Shown piece after piece: positions 9,603-20,024 of a stretch of 64,000 bases of DNA. Below the pieces are notes generated by a model. That model worked only from the letters and a program-made list of their open reading frames with translations, was not told the DNA's origin and did no database searches. Each line of letters starts with the position of its first letter. Positions within the stretch are counted from its first letter, which is position 1. Made by a program: the position numbers and the translations under genes. This stretch comes from a virus (lineage: Duplodnaviria > Caudoviricetes): the IMG/VR virus record IMGVR_UViG_2522572099_000001, positions 1 through 64,000 of that record; one strand, 5' to 3'.

Positions 9603-10003
9603 GGCTCACTCCTGGCAATCAGTTTCGGTTTCAGCTTTCCCTTTCGGGCCTTGGTCTCAACCAATAAGGGAACGCCCGGCCGCTTGGCGAAGATCGTCGC
9701 AAGCACGGTGCGCACCTGGTCGGCGCCAGGCGCGCCCGTTGCCAGGATCATCAGGGCCGCGTCTCTGAGGGCTTGATCGATGTTGGCTGCCGTTGCTGGC
9801 ACCGATGGCGCGGCGCGCACCTTGGCCCGACTGCGCTGGCGAGCGACGCGGAAATACTCCCGCTTCTGGTTCTCGTCGAGGCTGGTGAAGCTGCCGGCCT
9901 TCGGCGCCCCGCGCGCAGCCAGCATGTCGTGCAGCTTCATCAACGCCACGTCGCGCGGATCGATTTCTGTTTTGGACGTGTCCAAAGCTGCACTTTTCAT
10001 CAC
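9599..10003 (-). CDS. Hypothetical protein
   Basis: Coupled ORF. Confidence 0.6.
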   Translation of the reverse strand: MMKSAALDTSKTEIDPRDVALMKLHDMLAARGAPKAGSFTSLDENQKREYFRVARQRSRAKVRAAPSVPATAANIDQALRDAALMILATGAPGADQVRTVLATIFAKRPGVPLLVETKARKGKLKPKLIARSEP

Positions 10004-10395
10004 GCCGAGACCATCTTGTCGGTCAGCGCGCCGCCAGTGGCGAGGTGTGCGTCGACAATCTCTTTCGCCTGCGCTGGCGTCAGGTATTCGCCGTCCTCAC
10101 CGCAGAAGCTGGTGGGGTTGGCAAGCATGTCCTGGTAGGACGGTGAACAGCGCTCGCAGAAATAGAGGCTGTTGTTGCTGTCGTAACCGTAGCGCTCACC
10201 CTTCCAGATGTGCTCAAGGCATCCTTCGCAGACGCCGATGTGATCCGGACTGGCGTCCTCGATATCATCGAGTTTGGCCTGGGCTGCCTCCCAGAATTCA
10301 CGGATCGGCTCGACAGCGGCCTTCATAACCGCGTCGCGCACTCGCTCGATTGCCTTCAGTTCGGCCTTTGCCGCTTCCCACGCTTCCTTGCTCAT
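10000..10395 (-). CDS. Hypothetical Zn-binding protein
   Basis: CEGC and CERC motifs. Confidence 0.6.
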   Translation of the reverse strand: MSKEAWEAAKAELKAIERVRDAVMKAAVEPIREFWEAAQAKLDDIEDASPDHIGVCEGCLEHIWKGERYGYDSNNSLYFCERCSPSYQDMLANPTSFCGEDGEYLTPAQAKEIVDAHLATGGALTDKMVSA

Positions 10396-10916
10396 GACGT
10401 CCCCGCGATGTTGGTGTGCTTCATGACGATGTCGGCGCCAGCGTCGGCGCGTGCGGTTGGCAAGAGGATGGCGATAAGCCGATCGGCATGCTCAGGCATT
10501 AGCCCGCCAGTGTCGAAACTCGTCTGGACGAAATAGCGCTGCTGGTAGTCGAGGAAGTCGTTGTCGTCGTCGACGATGGCGCAACGCTCCGTCTCCGTAT
10601 GGCGGCTCAGCCACTCGTCTACCTCCTCACCGCGCTTGCTCGGGATTATCACACCGCCTGGTGTCTTGGTGAAAGGCAGTTCGATGGTGCGCCAGTCGCC
10701 ATGGAAATGCTCGCGGGTGAGCCGCTCGGGAAGCTTGTCGACCAAGCCTGGCAACGTCCGCCAGGTAGACGATAGCACCACGCTGCAGCCTGTCACCTCG
10801 ATCACGCGAAAGAGCTGCTCCAGCGCCGCCGGGCAAAGCAGCGCTGGATTTCCGGCGCCGTACACGCCTCGATGGTTTAGGACGCCGTCGACGTCGAGGA
10901 ACAGGATCTTCATCAC
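10392..10916 (-). CDS. HAD-family phosphatase (RNA-repair 'Swiss Army Knife'-like)
   Basis: LFLDVDGVLN, VLSSTWR, RGEEV and IVDD motifs. Confidence 0.88.
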   Translation of the reverse strand: MMKILFLDVDGVLNHRGVYGAGNPALLCPAALEQLFRVIEVTGCSVVLSSTWRTLPGLVDKLPERLTREHFHGDWRTIELPFTKTPGGVIIPSKRGEEVDEWLSRHTETERCAIVDDDNDFLDYQQRYFVQTSFDTGGLMPEHADRLIAILLPTARADAGADIVMKHTNIAGTS

Positions 10917-12813
10917 TCGCCGCCTTCGCCAGTTTTGCGCGGCCGCGCCTTGGTGATTAGCACCACCTCGCCGTCGGGGTAGACCAGTTCGACCTGGCCG
11001 CCGCGGGCAATGCCGTCGAAGATCGACTGGAGTTGCGAATGCATCCGATCAATCATCTGCTCCAAGACGGTCATCTTGGCGTCGACCTGCGCCTTGGCGA
11101 CGCGCTCCTGTAGGTCAGAAACGCGTTCTGGGTGCGATACTTGGTCAGCCATTGGCGATGGTCTCCGTTTGATGGTGGTCGGGGTTTAGAGAGGAGCATC
11201 CGGCCTTAAAGCCGAACACCGGATGGTCGATCAGGTCGATGCGCACAGCGGTCCCGCAGTCGCGGCATTCCTCCATGTGCTCCATGCAGACGCGGATCGA
11301 CTTGGTTGGCGCACCCAGGCAAGCGGCGTTGGTCGCGCTTTTCCTCATGCCGGCACCGCCGGAAACGCCTCAGAATTGAGGCTTTCGCCAGGATCCAGCG
11401 CCAGATCGGCGCCGCACTTCGTAAGGCGGAAGAAATCATCGCCGCCGGTGAGTATTGAGCCGGCCCGCCGCGTCGCCCAGCCGGCCTCTACCATGGCCAG
11501 CCATTGCGGATGGTCGACGCTGCCTTCGCCTGTCACGAAGTAGTTGCGGTAGGATTGTTTGCGCCGGCCGTCGAGGCCGAGGGCGTGGCGGGCGTGATCG
11601 CGCTGGACGGGCGTCATGTCAGGTTCCTTGCTCGAGCAATTGCGCCGCCGGCAGGCCAGGCTGCATCGCGCAGTCCATGCAGATCAGGACGCGCGCCGGC
11701 TGGCCGATCCTCTGCGCCACGACGTTGGAAGGCGAGAGCGCACGGGCGATGCCGACGTTTCCGCTCATCATCATCTCCATGCCGTGCATGCGCCCGATGT
11801 TGCGAAGGTCGGCGATGCACTGGCGCACCGTCACCTCATAGAAGACCGGGTTTCTGTTGTGCAGCATGCCCCTCTTACAGTTCTCACACTGCCGAATGTC
11901 ACTCACGTCCATCGGCGTGGTGAGCGCGTTGTCGCCCATGTCAGGAACTCCCCATCAAATAGCCGGCGGCGAGGCCGGCAAGCCAAGCCATCATCGGGTT
12001 GCCTATGAAATCCAAGAAGCGCTGGCGCCTGGTAGCTGGTGACTTCGGCGGCTCTGTCGGCTTAGGAGCCTCCAGCTTCGACCAGTGCTCGATTGGCAGC
12101 ACATGGGCGCCGGAGCAGATGTCGGAGATGCGCTGGACGCGGACAGCCGCCCCAAGCGGGCCTTCCAGGTTGGCGATGCGCCGCGTTGCCGCATCGATGA
12201 GGTCGCTGCAGAACTGCACGCTCGCAGTTTCGATCTGTGGGTCGACCGTATTTCGGCTCGTGAAAAAGCTATCGGACATGGTCCCCCTCCTTCGGCTTTG
12301 GCCGAGTTGCCACAAACGCTGCGCGGATGCGCCGGCAGTGGTCGTCGTCTGCGATGTATTCAAACTCCGCGCTGGTCGGCTTGCGGGTGCCGGCAGTCCA
12401 TTTGTCGTCGAAGACCGCCCACTCGCCGCAACCGATGCAAAGGCTCAAGTCGCCATTCTTCGGCACCGGACTGCCGGTAACGCCGGTCGCGCGATCGTGG
12501 TTCTTACCGCACCAGGGGCAGCACGTTGTTTTCCGAACCGGCCTCATCACGTCGCTCATGCTGCGCGCTCCTGGCCTGGTATCTCGCCGGCAAACGGCGC
12601 GAAGCCGCGAAACTGGATGCCGGTATGCAGCAGCTCCGCCCACTGATCCTCGGTGTCGCGGAAGACGATGCGACGCTCGCCATAGACGCCCAGGCATTCC
12701 CGCACGACACGCTCGGCATCCATGGCGATGGAGGCATCGCCCGGCCGGACCTTGTCGGCGATAAACACGTACCCCGAAAGGACGGCTATTTCGGCATAGC
12801 TGGCGCGCTTCAT
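10913..12813 (-). CDS. Run of 7 small hypothetical ORFs (10913-11152, 11145-11348, 11345-11617, 11619-11939, 11941-12279, 12269-12559, 12556-12813)
   Basis: Abutting or overlapping starts and stops on one strand; several CxxC pairs. Confidence 0.6.
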
Positions 12814-13250
12814 CGGAATCCCCTGTTGAGTTTCGGGAAGGGCCTCGACTGCAACTTGCGCCCTGGTATCTTGCGCTTGACCTTGCCTTGGCCGGTTCTG
12901 CCCTCCAACCGCTTCAATTTCGCGATCTCGGGCGCGTCACGCTTGGCGGTCTGCTCGCGGTGCGTCGGCTTGTTGAGCGCGACAAGATGCTCCAGCGAAC
13001 AGCTGGGCGGGACGGTATCCATGGTCTCGGCATTCCACCGGCGCCGCTGCAGAGCAGGGTCATGATGGAAGTCGATTCCGTCGAGAGGATTGAGGCGATC
13101 GCCACCGGGTTCCTTACCGAGCTGGCGCACCACGATCTCCAGCTTTTCCTTGATCGTCAGCGGCCGCGGCCGCCATTTCACCGGCGGGCCGAGCACTTGT
13201 GCGCCATGGTCTGGCAGGGTTGCGATGCGACCGGCCATGTCAGCCTGCAT
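12810..13250 (-). CDS. HNH-like endonuclease family protein
   Basis: IDFHHDPAL..HREQTAKRD..IAKLKR pattern with degenerate Cys residues. Confidence 0.6.
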   Translation of the reverse strand: MQADMAGRIATLPDHGAQVLGPPVKWRPRPLTIKEKLEIVVRQLGKEPGGDRLNPLDGIDFHHDPALQRRRWNAETMDTVPPSCSLEHLVALNKPTHREQTAKRDAPEIAKLKRLEGRTGQGKVKRKIPGRKLQSRPFPKLNRGFR

Positions 13251-14268
13251 TTAGCGGGCTGAGCGCAGCCAGGCGGCGGCTCTTAATTTGATCCGCCAAC
13301 TGGCGGCTGTCCGCGTCATCCTGGAACGTTGCCTCGATGTCGAACTCGTTCCAGATTTCCTCGATCTGCGCTTCGTTCTTCGCGCCCTGGAGCGCGATCT
13401 GGAAGCTTTCGAAGAACTTGCCGAAGTCGAACGGTTCGCCTTCCTCGCCTTGCTCCTCCTCCTCGACCACATCGCCGTCGCGGAACCCGTTGTCGGTTGT
13501 CGTCTCGACCTCGGCGGCCGCATCCGGGCTTGGCGGTGAGGGTGGCGACGGCGGCGTCAGCCTGGCGGCCGGCGCCTCCTCGCTGTGCTCGATGACCTCG
13601 CCGCCGGCGATCTCCCTCGCCTCGAACTCGTCGCGGATGCCGCCGAGCACATCGGCGAACAGTTCACGCAGGCAATAGCCGGCGGCGCGCCAGGCCTGCA
13701 TGCGCGTCGGGTAGCGGTGCCAGGTGGAGTCGTTGGGCACTTCGCCCCACTCCTTCTTGCCGCTCTTCCAGATCATGCCGCGACGCGTCTGGCGATCGTC
13801 CCACAGGCCAGCCGTCCTGGCTTCGGTCTCGTTGAACTCGACCCGCTTCTCCTCGCCTGTGTCGGCGCGCTTTGCCTCACACCAGCCGGCTTTCTTGGCC
13901 GCATCGTAGCCGGTACGGACATAGGCGCACTTGCCCGAGCGGCGCACGACGTTGATCAGTCCATCGCCATAGAGGGCCGGCTTGCCGCCAATCACCGTGA
14001 ACGAGCGCAGCGCCACCATCGGCGGCAGGCCAAGCTCGGCCCCTGACATGACAACGATGGCAACGGCGCTGGTGGCCTTCTTGCCCCAGCGCTTCCAGGC
14101 TTCGCCGTCGGCGTCCTCGGCAGGCGGACGGCCGACCAGCGCTTGCGGCGCCAGCTCGGCCTCGACGATGATCGTCGAGAGGCGCCAAACCTGCTCGACG
14201 CTGCTCGGGATGATAGCCGAGACCTGGCTGCCGGCATGCAAGGCCGCAATCTTCGCAATTTCGTTCAT
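13240..14268 (-). CDS. RecT-like single-strand annealing recombinase
   Basis: GAELGLPPM..IGGKPALYGD..RYPTRMQAWRA..LRELFADVLGG; acidic C-terminus. Confidence 0.75.
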   Translation of the reverse strand: MNEIAKIAALHAGSQVSAIIPSSVEQVWRLSTIIVEAELAPQALVGRPPAEDADGEAWKRWGKKATSAVAIVVMSGAELGLPPMVALRSFTVIGGKPALYGDGLINVVRRSGKCAYVRTGYDAAKKAGWCEAKRADTGEEKRVEFNETEARTAGLWDDRQTRRGMIWKSGKKEWGEVPNDSTWHRYPTRMQAWRAAGYCLRELFADVLGGIRDEFEAREIAGGEVIEHSEEAPAARLTPPSPPSPPSPDAAAEVETTTDNGFRDGDVVEEEEQGEEGEPFDFGKFFESFQIALQGAKNEAQIEEIWNEFDIEATFQDDADSRQLADQIKSRRLAALSPLNAG

Positions 14269-14609
14269 GGCGCGATCTCCGATGCGGCTACGCAATTGTC
14301 CGCGTGACCCTCACTCACCCGTCGCGCGCAACACACGTACATGTCATCTCGCACGATGGCTTGGCTCTCCGGTGCTACTTCCGGTTCGGCGATGCGCAGG
14401 ATCGCCACGCTAGCCAGTTCGGATTCGGTCTTGATCTCGACGACCTCGACCGGAACTTCGCGGCCGCGCATCGGGATGATGACCTTCTGGCCGACGGTCA
14501 CGTTGAAGCCGTTAGCCAGATAGTCATAGGTCCTGTCGCTGTTGCCGAACTTCACGGCAACGATGGTGCGGGTTTCAGGCAGCACGACGTTCCTCCACTT
14601 TCTCGACAC
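14265..14609 (-). CDS. Hypothetical protein
   Basis: AVKF..RTYDY..VGQKV motif. Confidence 0.65.
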   Translation of the reverse strand: MSRKWRNVVLPETRTIVAVKFGNSDRTYDYLANGFNVTVGQKVIIPMRGREVPVEVVEIKTESELASVAILRIAEPEVAPESQAIVRDDMYVCCARRVSEGHADNCVAASEIAP

Positions 14610-15678
14610 CAGCGATCTCCATGCCGGCCTTGACGGCGCGGTTGGCGAGCTGCTCGACCAGGGCTTTCATTTCGGGGTGATCTTTCAGCGCCAGCAGCGC
14701 CTTGTCGTAGTCGACGACGCGGGCCGAGACGAAGGTGCGCAGCGAGACGCGCGCGCCGGTCCTGCCGGCGTTGGCGTTGCGGGCATGGGCTTCCCGTTCG
14801 GCCTCGGCTGACTGCTGGGCCAGTCTGTCAGCCTCGCGCTGCGCTGCCTGGCGGTCAGCCTCGCGCTGCGTTTCCGCCTCGAACGAGGAGGCGACACCGG
14901 CCAATGCCGCCTCTTCGGCGGCGCGTTCCGCTTCCGCCACCTTGCGCGCGGCATCCTCTGCCTCACGCCTGATGCGATCGGCTTCCTCACGCGCCTTGCG
15001 CTGGCGCTCCTGTTCAAGCCGATCCTGCTCTTGCAGGAAGGCGTCCATGTGCCGCTTCAACCGCTTGGAAAGCTCCGCCGGAAGCTCTTTCAGGTCACGC
15101 CATTTGTCATCGATGGCGCGGCCTTCATCGAGTGATGGCTGCTTTTCCACCTTGTGCTGGTCGGTGGCCTTTTTCGCGATCGCCGCGACCCGCTTCGACC
15201 AGATAGCGGCGCGATCGGCCTGCTCCTGCGTCGTGATGGGTTTTTTCAGGAAGGTCTCGGCCAATTCCTTCTCGGCCTCGAACTCGTGCCGCAGGTCTGT
15301 CAGGGGATCGCCGGTCTTGGCCGCGTTATGGTCCTTCGAGACGGAGGCCTCGGAAACCGCAGGCGGCTCATCCGGCCAGGCGCCGCCGGCCAGCACCGAA
15401 CGATACAGCGCTTCGGTGATCGGGTTGCGGCAGGCGTAGCTCCAGACGCGCGATGCGTCGGCTTCCTTGCCGCCTTGCAGGCAGATCAGCTTGCCGTCGG
15501 CTCCGGGCCAAATGGCGACAGGGACCAGCGGTCCATCCTTGAACACGCGGTTCCTGAAAAATCCTGACTCCGGCTTGTCCTCGGAGACGCCGAGCAGCGC
15601 AAGCTGGTCGCGCGTCAGTTCGCGACAGTCGCCCGCGATCTTCAAAGCCCGCCGCCACCAGCCATAAAAATCTTCCAT
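14575..15678 (-). CDS. Coiled-coil recombination-module protein (first gene of the PL operon)
   Basis: Long coiled coil ending IAGVEKVEERRAA; upstream of recT. Confidence 0.7.
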   Translation of the reverse strand: MEDFYGWWRRALKIAGDCRELTRDQLALLGVSEDKPESGFFRNRVFKDGPLVPVAIWPGADGKLICLQGGKEADASRVWSYACRNPITEALYRSVLAGGAWPDEPPAVSEASVSKDHNAAKTGDPLTDLRHEFEAEKELAETFLKKPITTQEQADRAAIWSKRVAAIAKKATDQHKVEKQPSLDEGRAIDDKWRDLKELPAELSKRLKRHMDAFLQEQDRLEQERQRKAREEADRIRREAEDAARKVAEAERAAEEAALAGVASSFEAETQREADRQAAQREADRLAQQSAEAEREAHARNANAGRTGARVSLRTFVSARVVDYDKALLALKDHPEMKALVEQLANRAVKAGMEIAGVEKVEERRAA

Positions 15679-15915
15679 TAGTTTTACCTCAAATGTTTCA
15701 CGTGCAACCAATCCGGCACCATCATGGGCTCGGATATACCACTGCCTAAATTGGGAGGAACCGGCCGAGCTGGGGCGGGCGGAGGGGGCGGGGGTAAGCT
15801 CCAGCCCGGCCGGGGACGCGCAGATACTCGACACTGGAGCGCGAACGATGATGGATAAAAACAACCAGGGGGCTCTGGGATCATCGGTTCACATTCCTTC
15901 TGCACAGGAAGGAGT

Positions 15916-15962
15916 GTAACCAATTTGGTGCGCATTGCAAGAGGTGTTGCCGATTTGGTTAC
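15916..15962 (-). promoter_or_regulatory. OL/PL: two operator variants over a TTGCAA-N16-TACACT promoter
   Basis: GTAACCAATTTGGTGC (15916) and GTTGCCGATTTGGTTAC (15946). Confidence 0.75.
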
Positions 15963-15984
15963 TCTGAGCGCAAAAAAAACCGCC

Positions 15985-16581
15985 TTAGAGTGTGGATATC
16001 CTCAATCGGGCACGGCCGACGATGCTGAGGTCGCTCGGCTTGACGGTTTCGTTGGGGATGCTCGGGTTCTCGCCATACACCTGCACCGTGCCGTGTATCG
16101 TCGGCGAGAGATAGCGCCATTGGATGACGCCGGCGATTTCGATGGCATAGAGGCCAGGCACGCTAGGCTTGTTGTCGTCGATGTCGATCACAAGCGCGTC
16201 GCCCTTGGTGACGATGGCGTTGGACTGCGATGGCTCAACCATCATAAACCGCAAATTATGCCGCCTGGCGCTGGGCAGCATGCGCGCCATGAACTCGACT
16301 TCCAGCGCCATGCCGGGCGAATCCTCTGGCGCCTCCTTGCCGTTCATGATCTCGAAAACGTTGTGGAAACGCTTCGAATCGATGCGACTCATCTCTGGGA
16401 ACATGAGATCCTGCGCCGTGCAATTGAGGTGCGGCGCGATCTTCTGAGCCCATTCGGTCGACAACTTCCGCTTACCTTCTTCGAGGCGGCCCAGCTGTTG
16501 CCGGGTGGTGCCAATGCGGCGCGACAACTCAGCCTTGCTGAGCCCGGCTTTCTCGCGGAAAAGCTTGATTCCGTTATTCAT
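15985..16581 (-). CDS. cI: CI-like repressor (XRE HTH plus degenerate S24 domain)
   Basis: HTH LSKAELSRRIGTTRQQLGRLEEG; C-terminal GDALVID..G.YAI..NP fold; divergent from cro. Confidence 0.88.
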   Translation of the reverse strand: MNNGIKLFREKAGLSKAELSRRIGTTRQQLGRLEEGKRKLSTEWAQKIAPHLNCTAQDLMFPEMSRIDSKRFHNVFEIMNGKEAPEDSPGMALEVEFMARMLPSARRHNLRFMMVEPSQSNAIVTKGDALVIDIDDNKPSVPGLYAIEIAGVIQWRYLSPTIHGTVQVYGENPSIPNETVKPSDLSIVGRARLRISTL

Positions 16582-16618
16582 GAGACGGCGGTAGCGCAAA
16601 ATTCCCCACAGCGAAACT

Positions 16619-16668
16619 GCGCCAAAGTGGTTACAACCCTTGACGTGTAACCAAAATGGTGCCAATTG
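16619..16668. promoter_or_regulatory. OR/PR: two operator variants between cI and cro
   Basis: GCGCCAAAGTGGTTAC (16619), TTGACG -35, GTAACCAAAATGGTGC (16647). Confidence 0.8.
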
Positions 16669-16674
16669 CGGATC

Positions 16675-16914
16675 ATGGAAGATATTGACCATAAGTTGAA
16701 GAGATGGCGAGTGGCGCGCGGCATGAAGCCGGTCGACGTCGCCAAGCGCATTAAGTGCAAGCGCCAGACGGTGTTTCGCTACGAGGCCGGTCGCATGCCA
16801 GACCAGCCTTTTCTGGATCGCATCGTCGTCATGAGCGACGGTGAACTGACCGCAAACGACTGGTTGGGCAAGGAGGCTGCGGATGTCGTTGCGAGACGTC
16901 AGGCTTCGGTCTGA
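16675..16914 (+). CDS. cro: Cro-like HTH regulator
   Basis: XRE HTH divergent from cI. Confidence 0.85.
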   Translation: MEDIDHKLKRWRVARGMKPVDVAKRIKCKRQTVFRYEAGRMPDQPFLDRIVVMSDGELTANDWLGKEAADVVARRQASV

Positions 16915-17143
16915 CCCGAGGCACGATCAACAGGCTACCGCGGGCGTTCCTAAGCGCGTCCGCGCATTCGACTATTTGCCAAGCCGCGAGGCCAAGCGGT
17001 TCCCAGCAATCGTCAACACGCGTCATTCGCAACCTCCTTGTCCTGGAGGCGACTATGCCGCGGAAATCGTTGGGGGTGTCCGACAGGGCATCAGACAATC
17101 CCGACAGGTCGTCGTTCCTTCTCCTGTGTATCGTGAGGAACAG

Positions 17144-17434
17144 ATGTTCAACATCGCAAGTGAACTCGAAAATGTGGTCAAAGAAGCCGCAGGTGACATA
17201 AGGCCCGGAATGGGCATCAAGGCACAGATCAACCAGGCCTGTGATAATCTCGGCTATCCACGCGGCCATTGGCGCGTGCGTGACGCATGGTATGGCGAGG
17301 CGAATAACTGGCGTGGGGACGCCATATTCGACCTCCTCGGCCGCTACAATATTTGGCGCCAGAAAGCTGGCGCTGGAACGAATAGGCACAACGATCCGTT
17401 TTCCATCTTGAGCAAAGTCAGCGGACAGCGATGA
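17144..17434 (+). CDS. CII-position regulator
   Basis: RBS GAGGA; RVRDAWYGEA motif; position after cro. Confidence 0.6.
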   Translation: MFNIASELENVVKEAAGDIRPGMGIKAQINQACDNLGYPRGHWRVRDAWYGEANNWRGDAIFDLLGRYNIWRQKAGAGTNRHNDPFSILSKVSGQR

Positions 17435-17536
17435 CTAACATTGGGCCAACCGGCTAATGTGTTTTGCTTCGCGGTGATTTTCTCGCCATCTTGGGGGGTA
17501 GTGCGTCCATCTGGGCGCATGAAAGGGAGGCCAGAA

Positions 17537-17764
17537 ATGAAGCATGACCACGGATCGATACAGGACTGCGCTATTCGCGCGGTTCTGGCCGATTTCTGCA
17601 TGAAAGCGCGGGTTGACGGTGCGTCGTCTGCCCGGCAATCGGCAGCGGCATCTCTCGTCGCGGCGGCGGCGTATCTCGAGGAGGTGCTGGGGGCAGAGAA
17701 AACCAAGAAAATTCTGCTGGCGACATGTGCGTCGATCGGCACGGGGACCAAGGGCAAGCATTGA
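17537..17764 (+). CDS. Hypothetical protein
   Basis: Strong RBS GGGAGG. Confidence 0.5.
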   Translation: MKHDHGSIQDCAIRAVLADFCMKARVDGASSARQSAAASLVAAAAYLEEVLGAEKTKKILLATCASIGTGTKGKH

Positions 17765-17920
17765 ACGGCAATACCATTTGTATTTTGTAGGATTGCCGCT
17801 CCTCACCAGGGTTTGAGAGAGCGACATGAGATCAACAGTCGGAAACGGCCGAGCGTGTCCGCGACAGTGTCGCGGCTTCGTCAGCGCTCGCATGTGCTGG
17901 CCGCGCTCCGAGGGCGAGGC

Positions 17921-18823
17921 ATGAGCCATGCCGCCACGAATTGGGCGATCACGCAACGCGGGCTCAAGCCAGCGACGAGGGTTGTCCTATGGCACCTGTG
18001 CGACCGACATAATCCCGATTTAGGGTGCTTCCCATCTCAGGATGGGCTTGCCTACGATTGTGAGATGTCGCGTTCGGCGCTCAATGAGCATTTGAAGCTT
18101 TTGGAGCAGCTCGGCCTCATCCGTCGGGAGCAGCAGATCAACCAACGGACGAAGCAGCAAGAGAACACGCGCTACCGCTTCTCATTTGAACGGGACTTCG
18201 TCGCGATACTAGATGTGGTGGTCCCGAGTCCGGAATCCGGACACGGAGCCGAGTCCGGAAAAAGCGCAAAGCCGTGTCCGGAAAATGGCGAAAGCCGTGT
18301 CCGGATTCCGGACACTAACCCTGTAAGGGAACCAGTAATAGAACCACCGGTGCGCGCTGACGCGCGCTGGATGGCGGATTTCGATATTTTGTGGTCGACA
18401 TGGCCAGAGCAACACCGTCCAGACAATCGAGCTGCGGCAGCCAAGCTGTTCAGCAAGATCGAAGCTGGTGACCGTCGGCGAGTGCTCGGGGCGGCAGAGC
18501 CCTACCGTCGGGCGATGATCATGCGCGGCAAGCCTGCTCGAATGATCCTGTTCCTTCGCGACGGGACATGGGTGGAGTTCGATGGCTGCCCGCCGATCGA
18601 CAGCGATGGCGACTTCCACATCACTCCTGATCGTCCCGAATGGCGCGAATGGCTCGGATCGATCCGCCGGCAGTATGGCGAGCCAGGCGTGCAATCGGCG
18701 GTGAAGCTAAAATTTATGAAGCGGAAAACACGTTGGCCGACCGATCTTTCGCTTGCCAACGGTGTAACCAATTTGGCACCATCTGTAACTGGAATGGCAA
18801 CTGCTTCGGCATCTCGGGGTTGA
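17921..18823 (+). CDS. Replication initiator (N-terminal wHTH, lambda O-like)
   Basis: VLWHLCDRHN..CFPSQDGLA..LEQLGLI; internal iterons. Confidence 0.85.
   Translation: MSHAATNWAITQRGLKPATRVVLWHLCDRHNPDLGCFPSQDGLAYDCEMSRSALNEHLKLLEQLGLIRREQQINQRTKQQENTRYRFSFERDFVAILDVVVPSPESGHGAESGKSAKPCPENGESRVRIPDTNPVREPVIEPPVRADARWMADFDILWSTWPEQHRPDNRAAAAKLFSKIEAGDRRRVLGAAEPYRRAMIMRGKPARMILFLRDGTWVEFDGCPPIDSDGDFHITPDRPEWREWLGSIRRQYGEPGVQSAVKLKFMKRKTRWPTDLSLANGVTNLAPSVTGMATASASRG
18224..18315. repeat. Iterons / putative replication origin
   Basis: CCG(A/T)GTCCGGA(A/T) at 18224, 18249, 18272 and 18295; inverted TCCGGACAC at 18236 and 18307. Confidence 0.8.
18764..18779 (+). promoter_or_regulatory. Operator variant GTAACCAATTTGGCAC
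   Basis: Lies in the rep gene 3' end, upstream of the 18829 ORF. Confidence 0.65.
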
Positions 18824-18828
18824 ACGGA

Positions 18829-19515
18829 ATGAGCAGTCTGTTTCTCGACAAGCCAGGAGAGTTGGAGAAGAGGATCGACCGCCTGGTCGAGCATTTTCGG
18901 CATGCGGAATATCTGTTCTACCTGAAATCGCCCAAGGGCCTGCCGACGCCACACGACCTGTTGTGGCTGCTGATTGCCGATGCGGTTCATACCGCTCGCC
19001 TGCTGCCAGACGTCGAGCGGCGGATGGTGTCGCGGGTCGGCTCGGCGATGCCGTCGGCGCGCGAGACCGAGCAGGAAGCATTCGTTCGCGAGCGGTCACG
19101 CTTGATGGACGGCATGCCGCAATATGACGCGACCGAAGTGCGTGTCGTCGTCCACGAGGATGCTTCCGACCGGATGGTCGACGTGCTCGACCTGCTTCGC
19201 TTCGTCGTCGGCGGCCACAATGGCAAGGACGTGCTGCGCATGAAGCGCACGGTCGTTGCGCGCGCCGCCGGCCTGTCGATCGAGCAATGCGGCAGGATCT
19301 ACGACAAGCACCGGCTCGGCTTCGATCGCCGCGCCATGTGGGACATCAAACAACGGATCATCGGCCAGGTGCTCAAGGGCATCGAGCGGGAATTTGGCCT
19401 GGTTCGAACCAGCCGCAGCTTCCGGCGCCTGACAGTGCGCGAGATCGAGAAACGCCGAAAGGACCGCAAGCGCGAGGAAAACCGCCGCCGGCGCGAGGAG
19501 GCGGAAAACGCATGA
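18829..19515 (+). CDS. Hypothetical protein, possible late-transcription regulator
   Basis: C-terminal HTH-like segment; position after rep. Confidence 0.6.
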   Translation: MSSLFLDKPGELEKRIDRLVEHFRHAEYLFYLKSPKGLPTPHDLLWLLIADAVHTARLLPDVERRMVSRVGSAMPSARETEQEAFVRERSRLMDGMPQYDATEVRVVVHEDASDRMVDVLDLLRFVVGGHNGKDVLRMKRTVVARAAGLSIEQCGRIYDKHRLGFDRRAMWDIKQRIIGQVLKGIEREFGLVRTSRSFRRLTVREIEKRRKDRKREENRRRREEAENA

Positions 19516-20024
19516 GCAGCTGGGAGGCCACCGGAAAATCTGACGAATGGTACACGCCCGCCTACATTTTCGACGCGATGGGATGCCTTTTCGATCTTGA
19601 TGTCGCAGCGCCCTTCGAAGGGCCAAGACATGTTCCCTGCCACGGTTGGATTCACGATAGGAGCCTAGAGCGTCATTGGTCTGGGTTTGTGTGGATGAAC
19701 CCGCCTTTCGGTGGGCGCAATTCCCTTGAACCGTGGCTCGAAAAATTCTTCGCGCATGGCAATGGCGTCGCGCTAACGCCGGACCGCACGAGTGCGCCTT
19801 GGTGGCAGGACGCTGCCGAGCGCTCCGATGCTCACCTGTTCACGCGGGGCAAGGTGCGCTTTCTGCGGCCCGACGGCAGCGAGGGCAAGTCGCCTGGCTG
19901 TGGCACCACGCTTTTCGCGTCTGGACCGCGCGCCGTTTCTGCGCTGAGGCGCGCCGCATGCGCTGGCCTTGGTTTCTTGGCGCTACAAGCGCCAGCAACC
20001 CTGCTTGCGGAGGCAGCCGCGTGA
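19512..20024 (+). CDS. Phage N6-adenine DNA methyltransferase (small Dam-type)
   Basis: SDEWYTP, FDLDVAA, VWMNPPF and RTSAPWWQ motifs. Confidence 0.9.
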   Translation: MSSWEATGKSDEWYTPAYIFDAMGCLFDLDVAAPFEGPRHVPCHGWIHDRSLERHWSGFVWMNPPFGGRNSLEPWLEKFFAHGNGVALTPDRTSAPWWQDAAERSDAHLFTRGKVRFLRPDGSEGKSPGCGTTLFASGPRAVSALRRAACAGLGFLALQAPATLLAEAAA

